Of a stretch of DNA of 64,000 bases, positions 40,449 to 52,544 are shown in pieces. The number at the start of each line of letters is the position of its first letter. Positions within the stretch are counted from its first letter, which is position 1. Made by a program: the position numbers and the translations under genes. Below the pieces are notes generated by a model. That model was given only the letters and a program-made list of their open reading frames with translations, ran no database searches and had not been told where the DNA came from. This stretch comes from Eledone cirrhosa (Eukaryota): contig OZ024742.1 in assembly GCA_964016885.1 (NCBI GenBank), positions 288,362,001-288,426,000 on the forward strand, written 5' to 3'.

Positions 40449-41700
40449 CAGGGGCCTCGTTTGCCTTAAAAATGTGAGGGGGACAAAGCAACATTTGTTG
40501 GAGCATTTTAGTATTACTTATGGTGTCTTTCCTGAACCCTATCACATAAGTAAAAATTTCTTTACGCTAATTAAATTTTATATATTCAAATGAAGTTCAG
40601 ATATAAAAAAAAAAAGCTTAAAAAGTATTTATTATATCAAATAAACAAAAAATAAAACAGACGTTTGAATAAAAATCATATAAAGTAAATGTATTGTCTT
40701 TTAGAACTTTCCAAATGTATCATATCTCGCATCATTGCTGTCAATAAATAATTTAGCAACTTCTTCACAACTAATATTTTTCAAAACATCTTTATGAACG
40801 TCTCATATTAGAATATGATTCAACCTTTGCTAAGTCATGGTCGATCGCAACCAAGTTTTGAGTCTCTGCAGAGCGCTAAAAGATCTTTCAGCTTCACAAG
40901 AACTGGTTGGAAACATTAAAAGTAGCTTGAACAATCGCACATCATTTAGAAACATGCGACGGACTTCTGGTTGCATTTCACCGAATATTTTACGATGATT
41001 TCTATAAAAAAGTATTTCGTTCCTTAAAGAAAATTCATCAAGCTCTCGATACTGTATGATCACTTCAGCACAAACATTTCCATTCCTGGTATCTTTTAGT
41101 AACTATTCATTGCCTGGGTAGCTCCAAAGGAGAAATATCGAGTTGATAAATCATTTTTTCTGCTGTATTGAACAGCTCCTGAAAATTTTCTTCACTGCGT
41201 AGATTTTTTTTAGCTCCTCCTGCACCAGTTTGACACTATGCAACATGCTACCTAGATTGAAGGTGGTACTTTGAAAATATTTGTTCAATCCTTCAAGGAA
41301 TTGAAGTAATGGAACTACAACGTGCAATCCAAGGACACATTGGCCCGGAGAGTGACACGTAAGAATAACATTAGCTCTGGATGCAATGTTGGTGCCAAAC
41401 TCATTTGTTGCCTCTTGTAAATAAATAGGGACATCTGAATAATTGTCAAGGGCTTTGACTGCAGAAAGTCGTGTTAGCCATCGAGTAGGGCACACAGGTG
41501 TTAAGGAGCGTGGTGACGATACTTCATTTTCTTCATCATGTTGTGATAAATACGCTTGCTTAAATTTTCCTGGTGTACTATATAGTTTCCGCAATTCATT
41601 CACGCAACCTAGAACATTTTTGATAAGTGAAGCTTGTTGTACAGACTTAGTTACGATAAGTTGAGAAATATGAATGCCGCAGTGCACGTAATGGGCCAAA
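40449..41700 (-). mobile_element. Second hAT (Blackjack/Tip100, ZMYM1-like) transposase remnant nested in the Buster element
   Basis: YVHCGIH, CPTRWLTR and the dimerisation motif PTSSCEAERSFSALQRLKTWLRSTM; caggggcc-type terminus at 40449. The other end is unresolved. Confidence 0.8.
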
Positions 41701-44581
41701 TCAAGTTATGTTAGAATGATCTTTAAAAAATACCCGTACGAATTAAATACAAAAAAAGTTTCAATCCAAAACAAAAGCAAACTATTTCAAATTATATATT
41801 TTTGAAAAATAGACGTGAATGTTCTCAAAGACTTGATTTCAGTCGAAAAAGCTTTTTTTTTTAAATTCTATATTTCACTGTTAGCGGTTGTAATATTTTG
41901 ATTGGATAAACAATTCTACAATTCAAACTGTAAAGTCAAAATACAAAAGATATAAAATATGAAGAATTTCTTACCTTTCTCTGAAATCACAAACTCAGGG
42001 GGAAAATAGTACCTTGCAAAATAAAATACCTCGTAGCAAAATAAAATACTTAGCAACGAATGATGCTTGGGGACAGTGAGAAAGTAGTATTTGTATCCCT
42101 TATATATATATACATAGATAGATACACAGACACACACATAGACACGCACGCACACACAAGTTTGTGTCTATGTGTGTCTGTTGTGTATCTATCTATGTAT
42201 ATATATATTGGTTTGCGTACAGAAAGAATTTTGTCTACAGTTTTTTATTGCCAGGTCAAAGGCCACTGCTCTTTTCAACAACACCAAATAACAACGCTCC
42301 ACACACACACATATATATATATAAAGGAAGAGAGAAAGAGGGAGGGACAGAGAGAGTAAGAAATGTGTGTGTGTTTGGTACACATCTATCTATCTATCCC
42401 CAACGGGGGGGGGGGGCTCACACATGCGGGCCCGCGAACTACTTATCTGTAGCCTGTGGTAGAACCAATATTTCATATCGCATTATAACTGGTGAAAATT
42501 TTCACCCACCACCACGTTTGGCCCCCTGTGCCTCTCCTCCAGGACGTAATAGCCCTTTTGTGTCCTTACACACATACGGACATATTTTACTTTTTTTTCT
42601 GTCTCTGGACTACGCCATGCTGGAGCATCACCTAGGTATGTTATGGGGACGTCAACAAACCAACAAGCATTGGTGGGACGGCAAACACAAACGCAAAGAC
42701 ACACAGACATATATACATATATACGACGGGCTTTTTTTAGTTTCGATCTATCAAATCCACTAACAGGGCTTTTCCATGACGGCCATAAAGAGAGAGAGCG
42801 TTCCTTTTACACACTTCTTAACTCTCCCCCTTCCACAACACGACGTTATGGGCATTTACCACACTTCTGGCTGAAAGCTGACCAGGTTCTCAACCTCATC
42901 AAACACTAATGCCGACCTGTGTGTGTATATATGTGTGTGTGTATGTTCACCACCATTGCTTCTTCTTGTCATTTCTGTTGAAGGAGTCCTTACTTTCATT
43001 CTCTTTGATTTCTTTTGATTTTCTTTTCTCTCCCTAGGGAATTCGTTGACAAGCTTCTTTTATTTATTTTCTTCGTTTTCTTCATTCAAATCACTGACTG
43101 TCTAAGAGACGTACAAATATGACTTATCAAACTTACCAAACTAAAGGGGCTTCTAGCGCCCTGAAAGTTTCAAATGCCCCCTTACTGCATAACAACGCGC
43201 CCCTCTGGAGCAACGGAACGCCCCCCCCCCCCTCCCCGTTGAGAACCTTTAGTCTAGTGCAATGATAAAGAAGAATGAGGCAAGAGTGTCACCCTGCAGC
43301 ACTCCTGCTGAGATGTCAAAGAATTCTGTTGGACCATCAGAGGTGATGATAGTGGCACTTGTGTTGAGATACAGAGCCTTAATTGCTTCCACAAGTCTTG
43401 CTGGGATGCCATACAAGGGTACAATTTCAAACAGAATGTCTCTGTTTATGCTGTCAAAAGCTTTCCTAAAGTCAACAAAAACTAGAGCCATTTGTCTGTT
43501 GGAGTTTCTCATCTCTTCCACTACTGTGCAAGTGTAGATCTACCACAGCTAAAACCGTTTTGGTTGATGCGAAGAATTGGATCAACATACGCAACTATAC
43601 AGTTGAGGATTAGCTTGTTGTAGATCTTGGCAGCAATGGGCATAAGTGATATTCCCTAATAGTTTTGTGGGGATGAGAGATCACCTTTTTGGGGGACAGG
43701 AACTATGCCTGCTTTTAGCCAACTTGTTGGAGGAGTTTTGTTGCTTAAGGTGTCGTTGCAGATTGATAAGACTGAAGTAAGGTTTGGGTCTTTCCAAATT
43801 ATAGTGGGTGGCTTTTTGTTTTCAAGTATTTTGATCACCTGGTTTATCTCACTCAAGGTGAAAAGTCCAGTGGAGATGTCGAGTTCAGGTGCTACCTTTG
43901 GGAGATCGCCTTCTACAGGGTTTGCCCAGTAGACGTTTGAATTGGTCAGTTCAACTCTTTTTCCTAGTTTCTTGAGAGCCTCCTTTGATGATGGGTGAAG
44001 GCTTCTCTTTTCTGCCAGTTATTTCGTTGACTAGAGCCCATGTGGCTACGTGCTGTTTGTTTTCATGAAGGGTCTTAAGTTTGCTTATTTTTCTTTCTAC
44101 ATACTCTGCAAGAGCAGTTGTATATGCCTCATCAAGGTCTTTTTTGCATTGGGTCATTTAGCTTTTCAGTAAACCAGTTGGATTTGAGTTGTACTGAGAA
44201 AAAAGACTTTGCAATTTTGATATGTGAGCTCAATTTCATGAGCTCCTTTTGGTCTTTTGGGGTAAGCTGGAAAGAGCAACTTCCTCATTTGCAACAATTA
44301 GGTTGGAGTATTTAGTCTCAATGGAATCATCAGTACAAGATAGATCAGAGAACCTATTGTAGACACTAATTGCACACAAGCTGAAGAGCTCCTTATTTGA
44401 TGACACTAACCTCCAGTCAATTTGTTTCCTAGGCTCAACAGGGACTTTCTTAAGCTAAGAGTAACTTTGGAAGAGACAATCCTGTGATCAGATCCCACAT
44501 TGGAGAAGAGGAATAGGTTTTAGAGTCGTGTACACTGTTTCGCCATTTTTTCCGAAATAGGATATAATCCAATTGAGCTCT

Positions 44582-44775
44582 GGACCAGGTGTTGGTGTTA
44601 AACTCGGTAACTTATTAAATCTACCACCCACGGACCAGGTGGTGGTGTTAAACTGGGTAACTGATTAAATCTACCTCTGAAGGACCCGGTGTTGGCATTA
44701 AACTGGGCAACTTATCAAATTTACTACCCAGAGACCAGGTGATGGTGTTAAACTGAGTAACTTATTAAATTTACC
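44582..44775. repeat. About 50-bp minisatellite, right part
   Basis: 4 units of the same motif as 36710-36845, ending just before the TTC39 acceptor. Confidence 0.85.
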
Positions 44776-44801
44776 AATCCTTATTCCTTTCTATTTTTCA
44801 G

Positions 44802-44909
44802 AACCTCAGAGAATGTAAATCTCGACACTAGTATAGAAGAAGCCGCCATAGTGTTGAATCTTTTCTTAAACAACAGATTTACAGAAGCCAGGCAACGATT
44901 AGAACCATG
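44802..44909 (+). CDS. TTC39B: TTC39A/B-like TPR protein, first recovered exon
   Basis: ttttcag|...|gtaag; TSENVNLDTSIEEAAIVLNLFLNNRFTEARQRLEP resembles the TTC39 motif ALNLFLNNKF. A/B orthology not resolved. Confidence 0.92.
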
Positions 44910-46245
44910 GTAAGCTATTATATCTTTACAAACTATTGATTTTTTGTGGGGGTGGGCAGGGGTCTTCATAGTTTTTACATCCACTTTCCCATGCTAGAAT
45001 GGGTTAGACTAGACTTTTTGAGGCATGTTTTCTTTTATTTAGATGCCTTTTCTAATGGTAATACATATTTTGTTTCATAAATACAGTGTATCTCTCTTCT
45101 TTAGCTCATGATAGAACAAGAAACTTTATTCCATGTTGCTCCAGTCCATTTAGCTTGCAAAGATGAGTTGTACTTGGAATTCAAAGGGCCACTTGTCACG
45201 CTAAATTGCTCAGAGAACTGTGTTAAGAGTACACATGTCCATGGAATGCTCGGCCACTTGTACATTAATTTCATGGGCTGGCTGATCCATTGAACAACTG
45301 GAACCAACTTTGGGAAACACTGCACTAAAGCTAGCCACTGGCCCTTAAATTTTTTAAATGTATTTTTTGCTGTTGATTTCTTTCCATTTTTTTCTTTATT
45401 AAACTGCTATCAAAAAATGCTCATTGATTCTACTTAATTGTTATTTCAGCAGAGTATAAAGCATCATGAACATGTTTCCTCCATTTATCCCTGTTCATTG
45501 TTATTGCATTGAGTTCTGCCATGATTGGTAGTGAGAACATTTTAGGATCTGGTTGCTCCATCTACCATTGGAGCAGCTTCAGTTTCTCTTTCCAGGTATC
45601 ATTACTCCCAGCCAGATTTTTTAAAAAGAGCCCCCATCCATCCCATTCATTGTCATTGCATTGATTTCTGCCATGATTGACAGTGAGACCATTTTAGGAT
45701 CTGGTCTCCATTGTTGGGGCATCTTTCATTTCTCTTTCATACTCTCAGGCAGATTTTGGAGAACCTATAAATTGAACAAAACAATTTGAGGGAGATGCTT
45801 TTAAAGTTAATAAAAATTGATTGTTGTGTTATTTCTCCCAATTGGTGTCACCCTCTAATCCCATAAAGCAGCACAATGGCAAGACCTTAAGAATGTTGGA
45901 TTAGTCCCTCAGTATTTGTTTTGCCTCTCTGCACTCTGAGTTCAAATCTTATCATGATAAACTTAGCCTATCATCCCTCTCAAGGTTGATAAATAAAGTA
46001 CCTACGAAGGGGCAGTGAATTGGTGGAGTTGCTAAAGAGTTGGACAGGATGCTTTGCAGTATCTAATCTGGTTCTGTACATTCTGAATCAAATCCTGCCT
46101 CTTGACAGGAGTTGCAACCAGCAAATAGTATTATCAATGGAAAGACCAATGGAAACATTGTTTCCTATGTCCCATTCTAATTGCTCAAATCCCATTTGTC
46201 AGTCATTTACATTACTAATCTACTAATATATCTCTCATTATACAG

Positions 46246-46321
46246 TGCCGGCTACAGCATGTACCATTCCTTAAGCTACAGTGTCATTCTCTATATACAA
46301 GCTATGATGACATTTGACATG
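46246..46321 (+). CDS. TTC39B: TTC39-like exon
   Basis: tacag|...|gtaag; AGYSMYHSLSYSVILYIQAMMTFDM (SMYH...QA.LTF motif); phase compatible. Confidence 0.92.
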
Positions 46322-46479
46322 GTAAGTCATACTTTTGACCCTTCCTTATTTCTAATGAAAGACACTGCTTATGATGATCAAATAATTTTGAAAATGATTA
46401 AGAATTTGAAGAGATTTGGTAATGTAACTAATTTTCTTATTATTCAGCTATCATCTTCCAAACACATCACATATCCATA

Positions 46480-47290
46480 TGATTGAAGTCTTGTCTTGCA
46501 CACTACATCCAATTTCTTGCATGTCTAGTTTATCTCTAGATAATTCATGCATACTAACATTACACATCCATTAAAACATACTCTTTTCATTTCTTTCTAA
46601 CCTTCTCAGGTCTTCTGTAACCGGGGCCCATGTCTCACTGCCATGTAGCATTGCAGTTTGTATCAGATGTTATACAGTCTACTCTTCACTCTGAGAGAAA
46701 AGCCCTTTGTTGTTAGAGGTACTAACTCTCTGAATTGCTTCCAGCCTGTTTTTACCTTAGCCATCACACTTTCAGAGCATTCTCTGATAACAAAAGCTGT
46801 CAACAACTTCTAGGGAGCTTCCTTTGCAGTTGAGGGAATCAATTTCATGTGTGCTCTTAGTGCTTAATTCTCTTGTGTATCTGCCACATATAAAGTCTAT
46901 CTTCTCTGTTAACCTGCCTGTAATCCTACAGCATTTTTTGTGTGAACATAGATTACACTGTGTGTGCCTTATGAAGTTTCTGCCCACCCCTTTTCAACAT
47001 ATCGAGCAAGGATGCTTCTCTGATGGCATCAACTTCCAGTCCTCCTTCTTACTTATTAGAACCCTAGTATTTGCTAAGTTTACTTTCAGGACTTTCAATT
47101 TTGTTTTCCTTCCATGCCTGGAATTTTGTCTCTATCTCTTCTACGGATTCAACTATAAGGACTTGATCGGCAGCATACAGGAGTACCCATGGTGTTCCTA
47201 TTTTAAAATCCTCCATAGTGGCTTGAAGGACGATGACAAACAGAAATGGATTGAGGACTGAGCCTTAGTGGACCTTCACCTACACTTCAA
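46480..47290 (-). mobile_element. Old RTE family-A-related fragment in an intron
   Basis: Minus ORF 46772..46987 is a degenerate finger region; MLHGSETW-like remnant. Confidence 0.8.
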
Positions 47291-47319
47291 ATTCAATATT
47301 GATCACATTGTTCTTGCAG

Positions 47320-47449
47320 ACTGACATCGAAAATGCAATTACTGCCATTAAGAAAACTATAATTGTTTCAAACAATTCCAGACGAAAAGGAAACCTGATT
47401 GGTTCTTTTGCACGTTCTACAAAGGAACATTATGATGGCTATACTGAAG
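47320..47449 (+). CDS. TTC39B: TTC39-like exon
   Basis: ttgcag|...|gtaac; TDIENAITAIKKTIIVSNNSRRK...YDGYTE. Confidence 0.9.
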
Positions 47450-48582
47450 GTAACAATGTCTATTTGTCTGTTTGTCTCTCTGTCTGTCTGCCCCACTGTA
47501 CTGTGGATGTGTATTAGGTTTTTGACTTACCTGGGTCTGTTGTTATACTGAGGGAAAATAATAGAAAATAAAGATTTGAAGATTTTGAAGATATATCACA
47601 TGTCCATACCATTTCAATCTTCTCTCTTGTGTTGTACTTCCAATTCCTCTTATGCCTAGTTTTTCTCTCAGATCACTTATTTTTCAGACCATCTATATTA
47701 AATTTTCTATACCTAAATCATTTTGTATAAAATTTCAAATGCGTTTGAGGAGAGGCTTCAGTAATATGTTTAGGAAGTTACTTTGGTGATGTATCTCACT
47801 AATCTGACCTGGTCTTAGTTTTAAATCAATTAATGGGGGTATATTCACACAATTGGTTTTCACCTTTTTGTATGTCCCATTAATTAATTTATTCTTATGT
47901 ATTTTAGGTAGTCCAAAGATGTTACTTGTTTAACATCTAAAATTGTGAGATAGTCTAATTCCTCATCAATTAGACAATTTTGGTATAGATGTAGTAAATC
48001 AGTGTGTTCTTTCATCACTATGAAATTTGTAATTTTTGGCTTCTTCATAGTATGTATTGTCCCATAGCATACTTTGTACAATGTTTGTGTAGTGTTGTGT
48101 GTCCATAATGACAACAGCACCTCCTTTGCTGGCTTCTTTTATAACAATATTTCACTACCTGTGTTTCTTTTATTTTGTTATTATTAAGCTGGTGTTTAGA
48201 GTATAACTTTACAAATGTTTTTATTTAAAATCAAAATCAAAAGTTTCCACATGAATATAAATATTAAAAAATAAAGTTTTGTATTATAGAACCAGATACA
48301 GTTTCATGCTGATTGTTATCAAATGGGTTATTAGAATTCACCCTGTTGCAAGCATTTGGATCATATTTGATGTCTGAGAATAACTTTCTCCTTCCCTCTC
48401 TCTCACCAGTAACATTGAATTGAGTCTTGGGTGCTGTCATACAATTCCACTAATTTCCTAGGCCCTGGAAAGAGTTATGGGTACTGCCCTTCCTCCTTTG
48501 ATAAAGTCATAAAAAAATGAATGAATACCATAGAGTAGAAAGTAACTGTAGAGGTTGTTGTTGTTATTGTTGTTATCACAAA

Positions 48583-48803
48583 GGGCAGTGGATTAGCAGT
48601 ATTCGTAGAGCATCAGACACCATGCATTGCAGCATAGAGTTACAGCGCTTTACAGTCTGAGTTCAAATCCCTCCAAGGTTAGCTTTGCCTTTCATCCTTA
48701 CAGGGCTCAATAAAATAAAGCACCAGTAATGCACTGGGGTCGATTTAATCGACTTTTCCCTCCCCTAAAATTATTGATCTTATGCCTAAATCAGAAACCA
48801 TTA
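48583..48803 (+). mobile_element. Meta-domain tRNA SINE
   Basis: B-box and gcctttcatccttacaggg core. Confidence 0.8.
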
Positions 48804-48866
48804 TTGTTGTTATCACAGAGAAGTGACATGTTGTTAAATATCATATTATTGTTGTTGTTGTTACAG

Positions 48867-48999
48867 AGGAATGCCATGCTGAGCTGTGTTATGCAGAAGC
48901 CCTATTAATCCGAGCAATGCTCACTTTTGTCCAAGATGAGAACTTGATCAGTTTTGTGAAAGGTGGACTGAAAATCAGAGAATGTTTCAAAACCTACAA
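48867..48999 (+). CDS. TTC39B: TTC39-like exon
   Basis: ttacag|...|gtaag; EECHAELCYAEALLIRAMLTFVQDENLISFVKGGLKIRECFKTYK is the hallmark TTC39 block. Confidence 0.97.
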
Positions 49000-49035
49000 G
49001 TAAGTATTTATATCCTATATAATAACTTCTATGTG

Positions 49036-49625
49036 AAGGTGTAGAGCTTAGTGGTTAGGGTGTTTGGATCACAATCCTGAGGTCATGTGTTTGATTCCCG
49101 GTGGCCCATTGTGTCCTTGAGCTAAGCACTTTATTTCACATTGTTCTAGTCCACTTAACAGGCAAAGCGTTTCTCCCTGTGAATGAAAGGTCAGCTGCAT
49201 GACGCCTGTGTGCGAAGTGCTATGCTGCATGGTAGTGAGACATAAGCAGAGGAAATACGGAGGCTGGAAAGAAATGAGGCAAGCATGCTTCATTGGATGT
49301 GTACTCTTAATGTACAAGAACGATAAAGCATAGATGAACTGAGGGAGGAACTAGGTATAAGAGGAATCAGAAGTAGTATGGAGGAGAGGAGACTGCATCG
49401 GTATGGACATGTGATGCGCATGGATAAAGAAGTGCCAAGAAATCCCAGTGGAAGGAAGCTGCAGTAGAGGAAGACCTGAATGGAAGTGGGGAGAGCTGAT
49501 CTCAGATTGCCAAAGCTCACAGAGGAGATGACAAAAGAATGCGAAAAGTAGAGAGATGCTATACTGAAAAGGACCCATCCAACCCATGCAAGCATGGAAC
49601 AATGAACATAAAATGGTGATGATAA
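49036..49625 (+). mobile_element. CORE-like SINE head joined to an RTE-related 3' fragment
   Basis: cttagtggttagg and ccttgagctaagcacttt, then an MLHGSET/RRLERNEASML-like remnant and a gatgat tail. Confidence 0.7.
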
Positions 49626-49829
49626 TAAACGAACAAACCTGCTTTTTCTCCAAGATCGTTTCTGTTTCTGTCTCTGCTCACTCTCCTCTATCTTTTTATT
49701 TCTTCATTCTTTTTTCTGATGAAGAACTAGCGTCCAAAACGTTAAGACTTTTGCTACTATATTAAATGTCAAATCATTATATTTCTTTATTGTACTGCGT
49801 TGTTTGCATTGTTATTTCTGTTTACTTTT

Positions 49830-50436
49830 TGTTATTCCTAATTTCTCACTTAGTTCATTCATGTTTTGACGTTCACGTATATTACTATTACACATCCAAC
49901 AGAGCATGCATGCTTCGTTCCTTTCCAGTCTGCGCAGGTCCTCTGCACACAGTACCCATGTCTCACTGCCATGTAACATTGCTGTTCGTATACAGGCATT
50001 ATAAATGTGCCTTTCATTTTTAGAGAGAAACCTTTTGTGTATAAGCTCTCTGAACTTTTCCATCCCGTTCTGACTCTGGCTACTGTACTTTCAGAGCACC
50101 TTCCACCACTGCTGATTTTATCACCCCACCACCCTTTCTCTGTGAAGTTATGTTGGTACCACAACATCCAGTCCAAACTAATGAGGTTATGTAGGTGTCA
50201 CGACAAAAAAAATACACAGTCCACGCTGTAATGTGGCCGTGTAGGTAACACGGTAAAAAACTCCCAGTCCACACTGTAAATATGGTTGGTGTTGGGAAGG
50301 CATCCAACCGTAGAAAACCCACCAGATAGTCCTATACGAGCGAGACACGATCACCCAACCAATGTTGCCTCAAATGGGACAATTCCCGTCTAACCCATGC
50401 TAGCGTGGAAGATAAACGTTAAACGATGATGATGAT
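49830..50436. mobile_element. RTE family A insertion with inverted 5' part
   Basis: 49830-50125 is antisense ORF sequence (GDKISS...ELSEKLGI); 50126-50436 is the sense 3' UTR with a (GAT)n tail. Confidence 0.85.
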
Positions 50437-50455
50437 AAACATATATATATATATA

Positions 50456-52507
50456 TGTAGCAAGAGTTGCCAATGTAGCAAGAGTTGCCTCCCTTGTTAT
50501 GACAATCACATCACCGTTCTCTAGACAGGAAGTAGCTGGAGTTACTTCCCGTTGGGGTGGCAGAACCCTTCTTTGTCACTTCTTCCAGGGACCATATAAA
50601 GGGACAGCTCCAAGCTGTCTCCCTCTCATTTGCCCTTTTGGCTGCTGGCCTTCAGTCAGGCGCGTTCGCCGAGGCTCTACTCTCTGGCAACCCTAACATG
50701 GTCTCTTGCGAGCTCACTTCAAAACGGTAACAAATAACTTTCATCTACTCTTTACATGTCAACAATTCAGCACTACATAACTTCAACTTGTTAATTAAAC
50801 TTTAAACACACAACTGAGTCTCCTGTTATATTCATACACACCAGTATTTTGTTATAAGTGGTGACCCCGAAAAAAGAAAAAAATGATAGGAACTGGTGTT
50901 GTGTGAGTATGGAAAAAAGAAAATTAATTAGCAGTACCCCATTTTCGTTGGAATGTGTTGACCAACATTTCGAATACGCAGCAAACTTTATTAACAAACT
51001 AGGAAAAATACGCAGACACAGAAACGAACACACGCACATGTGAAATTCTCTTTCAGACAGACTCTTTTTCAACATGAACATTTATTTTTGCTGAATCTCA
51101 ACTATTGCTTATTCTTTCCGCCAAGCTTTTTTCATCGTTGACAAAAAAATTGAACTCGCCATATTTGTTATACCAAGTGAAGCCCTTCTTTCTTTTTTAT
51201 CTTATTATCACGTTCACACACAAATTTTTCAAAATGGCTGCCAACGACCTGTTGCACTATCATTTTCTCGCGCAATAGAAATATTTTTTTTTCAACTTGA
51301 CTTTAACCTTGTTTCGGCACGTGTGGGGAGCACACATCTCGACTCACTGAGATAACACACGCCATAGATAATGTTTCTTGCCAAGGATTCTCCAGCCTTA
51401 AGCTATATTCTCCTATTTGCCGGTTTAAAAATTTACCACGTAAATTTGCCGTTGAAAACTGCGAATTTATTCAGAATGCTTATTTCTTTGGTCGCTGGCC
51501 TCTTGACCCTTCCAGGTCAACGCATTATCAACATCGACCATCAACTTTGGCTGTTATTTCTAGCACTTTGTGCAACTCATTTTTTTTTCTGGGAAACTTT
51601 GCACTGAATTTAAACAACGAATAGGCTCACTCCGCGAGACAACAACATCAACAACCAAAACCAGCTGAACAAAACAGAGAATTTATTTTTGCAGCACTCT
51701 TCCTGTGAAAAAATCCCACCGAATTTCACGTTGTACAACAGTCTAGAGACCACCTGCATACATTCTCTGGAGGACACACTTTCTTTCATGCTGTCATGTG
51801 ATAGCACACCTGTGAACTTTATTTTTGAACATTTGAATTTTTTTTCTTTAATAACTGTGTTCGAGCGCGTTTCCTTGCTCTTTTGACCCCTTCTTTTGAT
51901 TACATTGTATCTTTGAGTGATGGATAGATAGATGTCCAGTCGTTCTCTGGCCAAGAGCGGTTGGCTACCTTGATATCTATCATTGATTTTTGCATGCATA
52001 TATTTTGCTGTTTTCCTTTTATTGCAAACATTATTTTTTTCGTAATTTTCATGCCTGGACTTTGGTGTTACATGCTCGCCATCTTACTCCATTCATGGTT
52101 CATTCGATTTTTATATTTTAAAAATTGGCGGGAGGTAATGTAGCAAGAGTTGCCTCCCTTGTTATGACAATCACATCACCGCTCTCTAGACAGGAAGTAG
52201 CTGGAGTTACTTCCCGTTGGGGTGGCAGAACCCTTCTTTGTCACTTCTTCCAGGGACCATATAAAAAGGACAGCTCCAAGCTGTCTCCCTCTCATTTGCC
52301 CTTTGAGCCAGGCGCGTTCGCCGAGGCTCTACTCTCTGGCAACTCTAACATAGTCTCTTGTGAGCTCACTTCAAAACAGTAACAAATAACTTTCATCTAC
52401 TCTTGACATGTCAACAATTCAGCACTACATAACTTCAACTTGTTAATTAAACTTTATACACACAACTGAGTCTCCTGTTATATTCATACACACCAGTATT
52501 CTGTTAT
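50456..52507 (+). mobile_element. Non-autonomous LTR retroelement (two 370-400-bp LTRs, non-coding interior)
   Basis: LTRs 50456/50474-50856 and 52139-52507; PBS tggtgaccccga (50859-50870, tRNA-Trp type); PPT ggcgggaggtaa; TA flanks. Confidence 0.92.
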
Positions 52508-52544
52508 ATATACTAGTGTGGGCATTAAATGATGATGATATATA

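Larger units (their letters stand above)
37693..43251 (-). mobile_element. hAT Buster/Charlie-type DNA transposon, 5.56 kb
   Basis: TIRs caaaggttctcaac / gttgagaaccttta; 8-bp TSD gtctagtg (nnnTAnnn) at 37685-37692 and 43252-43259. Confidence 0.92.
36850..44581 (-). mobile_element. RTE-like LINE family C, split by a hAT insertion (pieces 36850-37692 and 43252-44581)
   Basis: Minus ORF 43249..43521 (FVDFRKAFDSI, GVLQGDTLA...IIALD) continues in 37073..37774 (ALDYALR, DLDFVDDI, LLYGSET). Confidence 0.9.

Noticed and set aside
36710-44775. CRISPR-like array
   Set aside because: Whole units repeat without unique spacers, the context is eukaryotic and there are no cas genes; it is a minisatellite.
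45450-45770. About 170-bp direct duplication in a TTC39 intron as a possible duplicated exon
   Set aside because: Reads as an antisense LINE C-terminal remnant (NRDKWRKHV-like) with no TTC39 similarity.
44905-46250. TTC39 PW motif reads PC across the exon junction (tg|t); possible recoding
   Set aside because: A-to-I editing cannot turn TGT into TGG; most simply a substitution.
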